A stretch of 63,134 nt of DNA, the filler included, from Octopus bimaculoides (lineage: Eukaryota): NCBI RefSeq assembly GCF_001194135.2. It is 8 parts of 6 records of this genome, joined end to end, with 100 filler letters (N's around TTAATTAATTAA, not from the genome) between each part and the next. Parts side by side here need not be neighbours in the genome. Positions count along the whole stretch, not along the records: positions 19,711 to 35,562 come from NC_068996.1; positions 35,663 to 42,584 come from NC_069007.1; 6 more parts are not named here. One strand, given 5' to 3'. Under the pieces are notes generated by a model. That model was not told the DNA's origin and ran no database searches. It worked only from the letters and a program-made list of their open reading frames with translations. Below are positions 24,241 through 37,426 of this stretch, in pieces (the stretch's first letter is position 1; every line of letters starts with the position of its first letter). Position numbers and translations under genes: made by a program.

Positions 24241-25890
24241 TTTCTGTTACGTATTCTCTTTCTCTTTCATTTTCTTCTACATTTTCTTTCTTTTTTCTTC
24301 TTCCAGCTTCCATTCTTTTCTTCTGCTTTGTAGTACCATTGCTACAACTACTTCTACTTCTTTTCTGCTAACTCTTTTATTGTATTTCTTTTCTACATTT
24401 GCTAATTGTATTTCTTCTACATCTCTCTCTTGCTTGTACTATTCGTTCTTCTACATCTTCATCTTCTCTCTACCACAACTACTACCACTACTACTGCTTT
24501 GTTTCAGTTCCTTTATTTCTCTTTCTTTTTCTACCTCAACGTCTTCTTCATTGTCTTCTTTTTCTTCATATTCCCATATTTTTCTTCGTCTTCTTTTTCT
24601 AACCTTTTATTCTTCATATTCTTCTTGCCCTCTCTTCGTTTTTCTATTTCTTTCTTCTTGTCCTTTTGTATTTGTATTGCTTATCTTTTTGCATTTCATT
24701 TTTCTGTATCTTTTATTTTTTTTTTTTTAGTATCATTTCATATCTTTTTTTATTTATTTCAGTTCTTTCTTTCAATCGTTCGTGAAAATATGCCGAAGTA
24801 GAGAAGTATAATCGGCGATTTAATAATACTGGTGCTCTATTTATCCTAAGATTAATTTTATTGCGATACAATCTCCGAACTGGAAGCCAAAGTTAACTTG
24901 ATGCCGAAACATTGTCAGGAAATCTATCGCTGTTTCCTTTCTTTTACCTTTATTTTTCTTTTTTCTGTTTTTTGTTTTTTGTTACGGAGGTGGGGGGGAA
25001 TATTTTGTTTTTCATAGTATTTTTTGCTTTCATATATCATTTTCTTTTCCTCTTTATGTTTCGTTTTCGTTTTTTTTTTCTATTTAATGTATGGCAAATA
25101 TGGCAGAGGGAGGAACCTTCAGTTTTTTGAAGCCCTACAAATGGAACATTTAAAACAAGATTGAGTCAGTTGGTGGCCGGTTCAACTGTTGCAGACCGAA
25201 AATTTGCTTTAAAAGAATTTATAAATAAAGAATAAATTTGAGGCTGGAATAAGGTTGCTTCTATGAATGAGATGACTCAAAAAGACAGCCTTTTCTAAAA
25301 CTGATCTCTCGTGTGAGAGAGGCAGATAGATGAAACAAGCAAATAAATAAACAAAGTTAAAGAGAGAAGAAAGAAGTTTTTAAAAAGAAAGACAGAATTT
25401 ATTTGAGAGAAGTGGGAGGTAGAATCGAATTAATTCGAAAAACGCTGCATAAAATCTCTGCAGCCGAGTGGAAGGCAGAATGGTATTTCCTAAAAATAGT
25501 GCTAGTAATGCTTACTGCAAAACGGTTATAAAACAAAACGAATGAAGACTTGTAAATTCTTCGGTTTAAGTTGAGATTTATGCAATGAAACAAATTTCGG
25601 TCCGCCTTTCCTTGGAATATTAACCTAGTATTCTGGTATCACCTCACAAAACTTACACGCCATGAAATTAAGAAGAAAAAAAAACAAAAAGAACTGCAGT
25701 CTTTATTCAGTCCTTTCTTCCAAACTGTCACCACATTCCTATATTCTATCAGTTCACAGTTTGTCTGTAAATAGCACACTGGATAGTTTCAATTTCTCTT
25801 GTAGAACAAATAAAACCCTTCTCCGTTACACATACATATGCTCTGTCTGTTTCTCCTTCTTTCTTTCTCTCTCTCTCTCTCTCTCTCTCT

Positions 25891-25940
<50 letters not shown>

Positions 25941-25950
25941 AATACAATAT

Positions 25951-26012
<62 letters not shown>

Positions 26013-26134
26013 ATGTGCATATATATATATATGTGTGTTCATATATACATGCATATACATGTGTTTGTGCTTCCTTTTCTTTCATCCGCTCTTCGTGCCT
26101 GTCTTTCTCTATCAATTTGTCTCTCTTCTTCTCA

Positions 26135-26285
<151 letters not shown>

Positions 26286-26749
26286 CACATCTCTGTCTCA
26301 CGCACACATACACTCTTCACCGATCCATCAAGAAAGGTAAAGGAAGTATTAGAAAAACCTTGCCAGAACTTTATTTTGTGATTAGCGATTTTAACAAAAA
26401 ATAACATAGATGAAAAAATTACCAAGCTGGAATAAAGCTCAGATTCCAATTTGGAAAATGGAGAGGTGATAATGGATCCAAACCTCACTTACGTGTTAAG
26501 GTATCCAACATGTGTTTTTCATTCATCTGTACGCTATTTATTTTTCATTCTATTGAGCAAAAATAATGTTAGTCTTCAGTAACCCAATTACACTACACCT
26601 CCTGGAATCTGTTATAAACTGACATTGCTCCATATCTATCAAATATCTCTAGTGAGGAATATTCTGTGACATCCGTAGAAATAATCTCATTTAAAATGTT
26701 CACAGCTGATTCCAAAATGAAAGTCAAACATTTCATGATAATGTATTCA

Positions 26750-27014
26750 TTTGAATTCTAGATCTCCATTTATAGATTGTATATTGGCAGAATAATTAGC
26801 AAGACGAGGTAAAAAAAAAAAAAATAATAATATTTTTGTTCCGGCTTTTGGCCTTTTTAAGGTCAAATCCATCCGAAATTAACTTTGAATTCTAGATCTC
26901 CACTTATGGACTGTAGGCAGAATAATTAGCAAGAAGAGGTAAAAAAAAAAAGGAAAATCTTTTTGTTCTGGCTATTGACCTTTTTAAGGTCAAATCCATC
27001 TGAAATTAACTTTG
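26750..27014. repeat. Diverged two-copy tandem duplication, period ~134 bp
   Basis: TTTGAATTCTAGATCTCCA...GGTCAAATCCATCYGAAATTAAC starts at 26750 and again at 26884. Confidence 0.9.
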
Positions 27015-28444
27015 TCTTTCATCTTCCTAAGTCAATAATATATAACGGTAAACAAATAGCAGAATAGGTATAATCGACTGTTACCCACACACAAACATAC
27101 GCTGGAATTTGTAAACTAATATCTGTGTAAGATATTACACTGTGTAAAGCGATTTTTGTTCTAGAGTAGCAACTGTTATTCCCTATTTGCTTATCCCTAG
27201 AAAGTATGAAAAATGGTTAATATTTCCTTCAAACTTTACTTTTGTTACATTTATTCAAACCTACCAAAGAATCGTTCTCAACACATGGCTGTGATGCTCC
27301 CCCACTACTCCTGCTCGTGATCAGAGATGCACATATTGTCAGCTGCTAAGGGACATGCTTAAGTAGTTACAGTCAAGTAACTGACAGGCGAATCTGTGGT
27401 ATTGAGCAGAATATTTGCTATAACGATACTTCAAGACCTTACACTTTTTGAAAGGTAAGGTAATGCCTAAAACTACCCAAGAAAGGTTAAGGCTCCAAAT
27501 CGAAATAGGTTAGCAATACCGAAATTTCAGTTAATTGGAACTAATTATGAAGGGAGATTAATTTGATTGTTGTCAGACACAATGGTAATGTACGACATAT
27601 TTCTCTACAGTGATAACACGTCAGACAAGCATAGAATTAACAGTAAGCGCCAAGTCTTTAGAGAAGAATTATGTATCTATTATTCATTACATACTTGAAC
27701 CGAAAAAAATCATACGTAGGTATGACCATATATTATTCTTTGACAAAGATCAAGGTAAACAAATTAACCGAGGAGCAATAACGTTGATAGAGTGGCATTT
27801 TTGTCATTCTAGAATGTATTATTGGCGTAAGCGAAGTGAAATGTCTAACGTTGGACAAAATATCTTACGATATTTATTCAGACTTCTTGCGTTCTGAGCT
27901 CAGTTTTCCCCGAAGTCAACTTAGCCTTTCATCCTTCTGGGATCGATAAATAAAGTATCAGGCCAGAAAAGTGAACTGGTGTAATCGTTAGAGCGTCGGA
28001 CAGGATCTTTCATACTTATTTGTTCCGGGTTTTAAGTTCTGAGTTCAAATCCCACCGTAGCCAGTTTGAATTGTAAAATTAAGCCATCGCTTAGTTCAAA
28101 ACCACTACATGGCCCGCGTGTGTCTCTGGTAGAGTACACGCTGTTACGAACATTTAGGGTAGGTCTCCAGTTTGAAGACACCTTCTTCACATCATCACCG
28201 CCTCGGAGTATTTGAAAAGGATCTTGAGCACTACTTTTCTGACTAAGTCATAAAAAAGTCAAATTCAAACTGGATAATAGACACCTCCTATGTTTCTCGA
28301 AGAAGTTTTACAATATAGCGAAATGTGATACTCTATTCAATCGACGCAGTTTTTTGATTGGTGCTAATTTTACTGAACCCCACAAAAAACGAAACAACAT
28401 TGGTGGTATTGGTCTCGACAATATTTGAACTCATAACTAATAAA

Positions 28445-29060
28445 TATTTATTCTGGCACTCCGTTGGTTGCGATGAGGGTTCCGGTTCATCTGATCAATG
28501 AAACAGCCTAGTCCTGAAATCAATGTAGTCTTCAGGGAAGGCAGCGAGCTGGCAGAAACGTTAGCACGCCGGGCGATGTAATCGACCTAATCCCTTTGTC
28601 TGTCCTTGTTTGTCCCCCTCTATGTTTAGCACCCTGTGGGCAATAAAGAAATAAGAAACGTTAGCACGCCAGGTGAAATGCTTTGCGGTACTTGGTCTGT
28701 CTTTACGTTCTGAGTTCAAATTCCGCTGAGGTCGACTTTGCCTTTTATATTTTCGGGGTCGATAAATTAAGTACCAGTTGCGTACTGGGGTCGATCTAAG
28801 CGACTGGCTCCCTCCCCAAAAATTTCGGGCCTTGTACCTTGAGTAGAAAAGAATGCAGTCCTCAGGGAGATTCAGCGTGGCACAGAATGGGGCAAGGCTG
28901 GCACTTTGAATTATAGGCACTATTGATTTTTGCCAGTTCAGTGAACTGGAGCAACATAAAATAAAGTGTCTTGTTGAAGGACACAACGCGCCGGAAATCG
29001 AACTCACGACCTTATGATCGTGAGCCGAATAAACTAACCATTAAGCTACACGCCTTCACA
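28445..29060 (-). mobile_element. tRNA-derived SINE family C, interrupted by a family A insertion
   Basis: Minus-strand head near 29060 (GGCTCACGATCATAAGGTCGTGAGTTCGATTTCC, GTGTCCTTCAACAAGACACTT). The body resumes on both sides of the insert. Confidence 0.8.
28539..28851 (+). mobile_element. SINE family A with 17-bp TSD, itself carrying a nested 77-bp tail insertion
   Basis: TSD AATGTAGTCTTCAGGGA (28522-28538) / AATGCAGTCCTCAGGGA (28852-28868). Inner duplication at 28554-28576 / 28654-28676. Confidence 0.9.
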
Positions 29061-29723
29061 TTAACCTAAATAGACGTGTTCAGATTACCTCAACGCTCTT
29101 CCAATTCTGCCAATCCATCATCTTTTCATATTCACTAATATTGCAATTCTTGTCGTGTACAGACGTAAATTTGTTTCTTTTTATCAGCCCAAGATGTTCA
29201 CGACTTTTCTATAGAATATACGGCGTTACTAAAGTGAATAGGTCTTGTGTCAAGATTTTGAGCGCATTATGCCCCTTCTATGCTGGGGAAATTTTATTTC
29301 GGTTTCTTTAGGCACACGACCATGTATTTTGTAGGGTAGGAGATTAAATGAAAGGGTGAGGCTTTCATGTCTTGACTTCACGTGGCATAAGTAAAACATC
29401 CTGTGAAGAGGATTGAAATGATATCGTGATTTCAACCACATCAGATGTTTATTTCTTACTCTATGACTCTATAAACTTCTTATAATATAGCAACCATTTC
29501 TAAAATAAGTGCAAGCATGGAATTTTTATTTTAAAGTATGAACGGCACTATCGATCTCAATGTTATTTTTACTCACAAGCTAAATATCCAACGAGATTTT
29601 TTCTGTTGCTCTTCTAATCTTACCAAACAACTTTTTGTTTTGTTTTGTTTTTCCCTATGATATAACACTATCCTAAGCATATATTCAAGAGCATGAATTT
29701 GGAAGAACGATTGGCACTATATA

Positions 29724-30270
29724 CTGGTTTCAAATTTGGGCACATGTCCAGCAATTTCTGGGGTGGGGATAAGTCGATTACATCGACTCCAGTTTTTAAC
29801 TTGTGTTTATTTTATCAACCCCCAACAGGATGAAAGGCAAAATCGACGTCGACGGAATTTGAACTCAGAACGTAAAGGCAGATGAAATGCCGTTAAGCAT
29901 TTTGATCGTTGCCTTAATAATAATAATAATTTCAAATTTTAGGGTAAGGCTAGGAAATTTTGTGGAGGCGATAAGTCGATCACATCTACCCCAGTACTCA
30001 ATTGGTACTCATTCCCTCGACCCCGAAAGAATGAATGGCAAAGTGAACCTCGACGGAATTTGAACTCAGAACGTAAAGACAGTTAAAATTCCGCTAAGCA
30101 TCAGGCCTGGCGTGCTAGCGATTTTGCCAGCTCACCGCCTTATTGGTACTTTATATTATAGACCCGGAAGAATAAAGGTAGAGTCAGTTTAGGCGGTATT
30201 CGCACTCAGAACGCAAAGAGTTGCAATAAATTAAGCAGCATATTTTGTGCAATACTCTAAAGACTCCGCC
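29724..30270 (-). mobile_element. Three head-to-tail SINE family A copies
   Basis: Reverse-complement cores at about 29724-29915, 29930-30141 and 30143-30270, all in the same orientation. Confidence 0.8.
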
Positions 30271-30584
30271 AATCCAAAGCATTTTCTTATAACATTAAGA
30301 GAAAAGTATTTTCATTTGAACTTTCTGACAATTTGTTTTAATGTAAAACCATTAACTTTTCTTTTTTCTGACAAGATCTAACAGAAGGGCCTGTGCCCAT
30401 AGCTTTCGCAGACTTTTGTAGACTGGTAAGATTAATTCTATTCATGTTCCTTTTTAATCAAACCGCTGAACACCAGAATAGAAAATTGTTCCCCACAATC
30501 TAGAATCCCTATTCTCGAATAAAGTAAACCTTAGTAATGTAATATAAAGAATGTTCATCTGTCATGATACATATGTTTTATATT

Positions 30585-30730
30585 GTCAGTCTTTACGTTC
30601 TGAGTTCAAACTCCGCCGAGGTCCAATTTGCCTTTCATCTTTTCGTAATCGATAAATTAAGTACCAGCTGAGCACTGGGGTTGATGTAATTGATTAGTCC
30701 CCTTCCCCTTGTGCCTACAGTAGAAAGGAT
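30585..30730 (+). mobile_element. SINE family A, 5'-truncated
   Basis: TTACGTTCTGAGTTCAAACTCCGCCGAGG...GATAAATTAAGTACCAG...GTGCCTACAGTAGAAAGGAT. Confidence 0.85.
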
Positions 30731-31235
30731 ATTATATCATATTGTATTATATTGTATTATATTAGCTAATACATCCCACTCTATTCTCCGTATTAACCAA
30801 ACATAATCAAATGCAAGTGACAACAATGGTGCATCTTTAGTAAAGGTTATGTCACAAAATTTTTTGTAGAGGGCGAATATGTTGGGTCATTATTCCGTCG
30901 AACAAAACTACGCCCCAGTATTTGTTCAAACTCTTTACATTCTGAGTTCAAATCTCAAGACCAATTTTACTTTGTTTTATTCCTAGATCAATAAAATACC
31001 AATTTGGGGTGGTTGATTAGCAGAATCGATAGCACGCTGAATGAGATGAGTTGGAGTGTTTCTCCGGTTCTATGCATTTATTTCATGAATGGTAAACTTA
31101 AAATCGTCACCCAATTTCACACTAACACGAGGATTTTGGTGCCTTTAGTGAAATTTATTCCGTTGCAAATAGTTTTGGTTTCTGGTTAGAGCGTAAATTA
31201 CTCCCGTCTTCCTACCAATCGGGTAGGCTTCACCA

Positions 31236-31392
31236 CCTTGAAGGGTTTAGTTGAACGAATCGAACCCAGTACTTATTTTAAAGTCTGGTACTTATTATAT
31301 CAGTTTCTTTTTGCCGAATCGTTAATTTATGGAGACGTAAACAAATCAACACCGGTCGTCAGGTGGTGGTGGGGACAAACACAAAAACACTC

Positions 31393-31427
<35 letters not shown>

Positions 31428-31582
31428 TTCGATAGACCTCTTTCAGTTACCGTCCACCCAATCCGCTCACAAGGCTTTAGTCAACCCGGTGTTATAGTAG
31501 AAGACCGTTACCCAAGGTGTTAGATCGTGGGTCTGAACCCGGAATTATGAGGTTGGGAAGCAAACTTCTTGTTACACAGCAA
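31236..31582 (-). mobile_element. CORE-type SINE (family B)
   Basis: Reverse-complement match to family B, with an internal (GATA)n. Confidence 0.8.
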
Positions 31583-32609
31583 CGCCTGAAAGATATAAGG
31601 TTTCCGAGTAAAATGGAAAATAAGTTTATTACACGTTACACATGACAACGACGTCGTATATATTATCAGTGTCGCTAACATTAAGACTTCAGTTACGAAG
31701 GTTTTACTGCTGCAACGAGTCGAAATTGCTTGAGGTTGATCTGTAAATAACTGTGCAAAAGAGAAACTTCGTTGGCTTGTGATGAAAATAGGCAACTTAA
31801 GTTATATCTATATTCAGGTTTTCTAAATCTCTTTAAACGTCACAGACAAGAATTCCTTTTAGCTACATACATGAAATATTTGCAGTCGACAAAGAATCAG
31901 TAAGCATAGTGTTTCTGACGAAGTTTTAAGTTTTCAGGTTTTACTTATTTATATATTTATGTATTTATGATTTGTTTTATTGTATTTCGATTTGATTTTT
32001 TTTTTTTACTTTTTTATTAATCTTTAAAACAGGACGTAATTAATGCTTGCCAAATTCCCCAGACGTTAATCTGTTGAACTATTATTTTTCGTGTTACAGC
32101 AGGGTCGAAGTGCACAGAAACATCTTGCAGAAAAATAAGAGAGAGAGAGAGAGAGACAAAGAAAGAGAGAGAGACAAAGAAAGAGAGAGAGACAAAGAAA
32201 GAGAGAGAGACGCATACACACACAGAAAGAGATAGAGAGAGACACACACACACAGAGAAAGAGAGAGATACACACACAGAAAGAGAGGGGGGGTAAAAAG
32301 AAAGAAACTTGAATTTCAAAAATGTCGGTCAGAACCGACATATTGTTGACTCAGTGATTATTGAACAAGCATATTGAGAATTTAAAATTTTGAAAGTGAC
32401 ATTCTATTCATATATATGGATTGCAGTTCACGCATCTGTTATGGCTCTGAATTGTTAAATGTAATTTATGAAAGGAAATACAAAATAAACACATGCTTAA
32501 ATATACATACACGCACACACACATACACAAACACACACACACACACACATATATATACATACATATATATATTACATGTATATATATATATACATATATA
32601 TTACATGTG

Positions 32610-32640
<31 letters not shown>

Positions 32641-32859
32641 TACATATATATATATACATGCATATATATATTACATGTAATATATATATATATANNNNNN
32701 NNNNNNNNNNNNNNNNNNNNNNNNNNNNNNNNNNNNNNNNNNNNNNNNNNNNNNNNNNNNNNNNNNNNNNNNNNNNNNNNNNNNNNNNNNNNNNNNNNNT
32801 ATATATACATACATATATATATTACATGTATATATATATATACATATATATTACATGTG

Positions 32860-32890
<31 letters not shown>

Positions 32891-33582
32891 TACATGTATG
32901 TATATATATCCGGTTTTATCCCTCAGACTGAAATATTTTCAAAAAAACTTAACGTTATCGACTCTTTTTCGTACCAAGAGATACGATAACAGCGACCCAG
33001 TGACTGCCGGTTCAATATTCCTGGAGGTCGAGGGAAATATATATTTTATGTTTATAATATTAGATTTCTTTTTGACTAGACACAATGACGAATTTTTGCA
33101 GAGGAAGAATTATTGTTGACTGTATGAAACCTCCAGTACTCTACTTACTGGTCGTTGATTTATCGTCCCCAAAGGGATGACAAACTAAATCGAACCCTAT
33201 GGGATTAGATCTCGGAATGTAAGACTGTAAGGAATTCAAAGCGATTCTTTACCATTCACCGTTCTTGTACACTCAATATATTTTAGTTTATGAAGGAGTC
33301 TTTCTTTAATATATATATTCTGCAAAGCCTCGAGTAAATTGCACCACTGTTGTGTATATTTATAGTTGAAAGGTGGGGGGGACATCTAAATAGTGAAACC
33401 TGAAGACTTGAGAAGAAAGAATAGTTGGAGAAGAATGGCTGGAAGAATGGTTGAAGGTTGCGCTGTGGGTACTTCTTTCAACGAACATTCCGAAATGGAT
33501 AGATAGACAGAAACACAAAGCAAGAGGGAAGAGAACTTCCTCTTTGACTGATATTTTATTTATTCTTTTCTACTCTAAGCAT

Positions 33583-33741
33583 AAGGTGCGCAACTAGTAC
33601 TTGATTTATCGACACTGAAAGGATAAAGGACAAAGGACAAAGTCGAATTTGGCGGAATTTGAACTCAGAACGTAAAGACAGATGAAACACCGCTAAGCAT
33701 TTCGTCCGGCCTACTAACGTTTCTGCCAGGTCACCACTTTA
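33583..33741 (-). mobile_element. SINE family A
   Basis: GGAATTTGAACTCAGAACGTAAAGAC...CTAACGTTTCTGCCAG. Weaker fragments nearby at about 33130-33230 and 33750-33870. Confidence 0.85.
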
Positions 33742-34228
33742 CCTGATATTTTATTTATTGATGACAAAAGGTAAAGTTGATTTCAATGGAATTCGAACTC
33801 AGCACAAAATATCAGAACAAATACCGCAAGGGACTTTATGCGACACTCCAACACTCTTGTCAATTAGCCACCAAATAGCAGAAACAATAATACCGAACAA
33901 AATAGCTTTTAATAGTTAATTATGCCAGTGGTTAAAACGATATATTCTCACTACCAGTGTAGACAGAACAAGATTGTGTATGTGTGTGTGTGTGTGTGTA
34001 ACAAAACCTTCATAATGTTATATTTATACATGTGAAACAAAATGATGTTTTCAGAGTATCACAATTTTCTGTAAGAATTGTCTCTCACAAATCCTGCACG
34101 TTCACTCATCTCTTGAGTCACACCGCAGTTGTCATAGATGTTTGCTTGTTTGTTTGTTTCTTATTTGATTTTTGTTCGTTTAGTTTTCCTTTTTTGCTTT
34201 GTGTAGTTGAATTCATTTTTTATCAGTC

Positions 34229-34343
<115 letters not shown>

Positions 34344-34517
34344 TGATATATGATTGCGGTAGAAATATATATGTAGGTGTGTATATATGAATATGCATTT
34401 ATATACATGCATCCATATATGCATATTTTATTTCCGTAAAGGGTTTAAAATGTTTAGGGTGTTTACAGTGTATGGTAGCTTCGTTTCACATATAGGTATA
34501 ACATTATAGAGATTTTG

Positions 34518-34568
<51 letters not shown>

Positions 34569-34744
34569 TCCTTAAATATCTGTAATTCTGTATTTTGACT
34601 TGAATGGAAAAATGGTGTCGCTCAAGAAGGACTTCAGTTTGAACAATTTTCATGATGTTTCATATTTAGATGCTTTTATTAAATTCATTCAGTTGTTAAA
34701 CATAGATAAATCTTGGAATTAAATGATTTTGATTTACTGTCAGG

Positions 34745-34763
34745 TGACATTTGGCCACCCCTG
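34745..34763 (-). mobile_element. Tc1/mariner-like TIR end
   Basis: Reverse complement reads TA-CAGGGGTGGCCAAATGTCA. The partner TIR was not found. Confidence 0.45.
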
Positions 34764-34956
34764 TATATNNNNNNNNNNNNNNNNNNNNNNNNNNNNNNNN
34801 NNNNNNNNNNNNNNNNNNNNNNNNNNNNNNNNNNNNNNNNNNNNNNNNNNNNNNNNNNNNNNNNNNNNNNNNNNNNNNNNNNNNNNNNNNNNNNNNNNNN
34901 NNNNNNNNNNNNNNNNNNNNNAGATGTATTAGTTTAACGCTCGGGAAGTGAGAAAG

Positions 34957-34995
34957 TCCTTTACGTTTCGAGCACAAGCTCTTCAACAGAAAGGA
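34957..34995 (-). ncRNA. Degenerate minimal hammerhead-like motif
   Basis: Minus strand: tccttt CUGUUGA A GAGC uugu GCUC GAAACGU aaagga. Core A6 is replaced by U. Confidence 0.5.
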
Positions 34996-35056
34996 ACACG
35001 GAAATAAACAGAGAGAGAAAATAGAAAAAAATAGAAAATAAAAATATATATATATT

Positions 35057-35525
35057 CTTTTATTATTTTACTTGTTTCAGTCATTTGACTGCGGCCATGC
35101 TGGAGCACATCGTTAAAGGGTGTAAGTCGAAGAAATCGACCCCAGGAATTATTCTTTGTAAGCCTAGTACTTATTCTATGGATTTCTTTTGCCGAACCGC
35201 TAAGTTAAGGGAACGCGAATACACCATCATCGGTTATCAATCGATGTTGGGGGGACAAACACAGACACACAAACATATACATACATNNNNNNNNNNNNNN
35301 NNNNNNNNNNNNNNNNNNNNNNNNNNNNNNNNNNNNNNNNNNNNNNNNNNTAGAGAGAGAGAGAGAGGGAGGACTGGTTTCTTTCAGTTTCCGTCTACCA
35401 AATCCACTCAGAAGGGTCTGGCTCGCTCGAGGCTATGATAAAAGAGACTTGCCCAAGGTGCCACGCAGTGGGTCCGAACCTGGAATCATGTGGTTAGGAA
35501 GCAAGCTTCCTATTACACAGCCACG
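35057..35525 (-). mobile_element. CORE-type SINE (family B) spanning a gap
   Basis: Tail at 35057-35130, head at 35450-35525. Confidence 0.85.
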
Positions 35526-36629
35526 TCTGCGTCTGCTACAGACACCCACACCTGCGTCTCTANNNNNNNNNNNNNNNNNNNNNNNNNNNNNNNNNNNNNN
35601 NNNNNNTTAATTAATTAANNNNNNNNNNNNNNNNNNNNNNNNNNNNNNNNNNNNNNNNNNNNTATATATACGATTGCACATAGACACATATACACTGAAA
35701 ATTGTAAGTATATATATATATATCTGATAATGCGCCGTCATGTCTACATGTACGGATACATTTCTCTGTGGCATGTTGAGCGTGTGCGATCATTTCTGCA
35801 TACGTGTATATATATCCCTCTGCGCTTGAGCGTGTGCGTATATAATTGATATTAAGTATGTGCACGTATATTTTATTCTCAGCATGCATATGGTTAAAGT
35901 AATATAGATTCTTCAGAAATCTTAGCATGTTTTAAGAATTGAAAAGGGAATATTTTCAAAACGGAACCGCACGTGTTTTAAATATAACATGTCACAAGCG
36001 ATACAAGATGGCGCATGCAACTACACACATACATACATAAACGCAAAAACACGCATATATATATTCATTGTTACATATACTTACACAAACACAGACACAC
36101 GCAAACACACATGTATATACATGCATCTATATGTGTGTCTGTGTGTGTGTATGTGTGTACGTATATATGCATGCATACATAAATATCTGCTCGCGTGTTT
36201 TTATGTATATGTGTATGCATGTGTGCATTGCAGTATGGATAAATATATATAATTATGAAAAGCTGCGCCTGACCCTCATCGTGAGCGAGTTGTCTCCTTA
36301 GAAATAGTAATATGATTATACCTGTACAGCTTTCTGTCAGAATCGAAATTGATATCGCTAAATGCAATTATTTCATATATACACACATATATACAAAAAG
36401 ATGTATTCAGGCACACTGCACTTCATTCTATGAACCCCTCGAATTGGCATATACATGCATACATACATGCATACATATATGCATTGACTCGCACGCACAT
36501 ACACACACACATCTGCATATATATGTGTGTGGGGGGGGGCATATTTGCATACATAGTTTCTTTATACATTTAAAGTTATGTATATGTGTGTGTGTGTATG
36601 TATATATATATATATACACACACACACAT

Positions 36630-36683
<54 letters not shown>

Positions 36684-37105
36684 ATATATATATACACACA
36701 CACATACATTTACATAGATATATATGAATATATGTATATATANNNNNNNNNNNNNNNNNNNNNNNNNNNNNNNNNNNNNNNNNNNNNNNNNNNNNNNNNN
36801 NNNNNNNNNNNNNNNNNNNNNNNNNNNNNNNNNNNNNNNNNNNNNNNNNNNNNNNNNNNNNNNNNNNNNNNNNNNNNNNNNNNNNNNNNNNNNNNNNNNN
36901 NNNNNNNNNNNNNNNNNNNNNNNNNNNNNNNNNNNNNNNNNNNNNNNNNNNNNNNNNNNNNNNNNNNNNNNNNNNNNNNNNNNNNNNNNNNNNNNNNNNN
37001 NNNNNNNNNNNNNNNNNNNNNNNNNNNNNNNNNNNNNNNNNNNNNNNNNNNNNNNNNNNNNNNNNNNNNNNNNNNNNNNNNNNATATATATATATATATA
37101 TATAT

Positions 37106-37141
<36 letters not shown>

Positions 37142-37384
37142 ATATATAGATGAAAAGATAGACGTATAAATAGATATGTTCTGTGGTGCATGTATCTCTG
37201 ATATGTGTCATGTGTGCAAATTGATATATACATATACACTCAGTTATACATACACATATATCCATCCACCCACTCACACATACACGCATACACGCATAAA
37301 AACATATACATTTTGGGACCGATGTTTAAGAGTGATCGTGTGTACCCTTGACGCACGTATTATATACAGACATAGATACACACA

Positions 37385-37426
<42 letters not shown>

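Noticed and set aside
22854-24371. 505-aa Leu/Ser/Phe-rich ORF and antisense poly-Glu/Lys ORFs
   Set aside because: Stop-free only because (TTC)n has no stop codons. No domain or splice evidence.
32560-32900. Repeated TATTACATG-containing block on both sides of a gap
   Set aside because: Low-complexity sequence duplicated across an N run, probably an assembly overlap.
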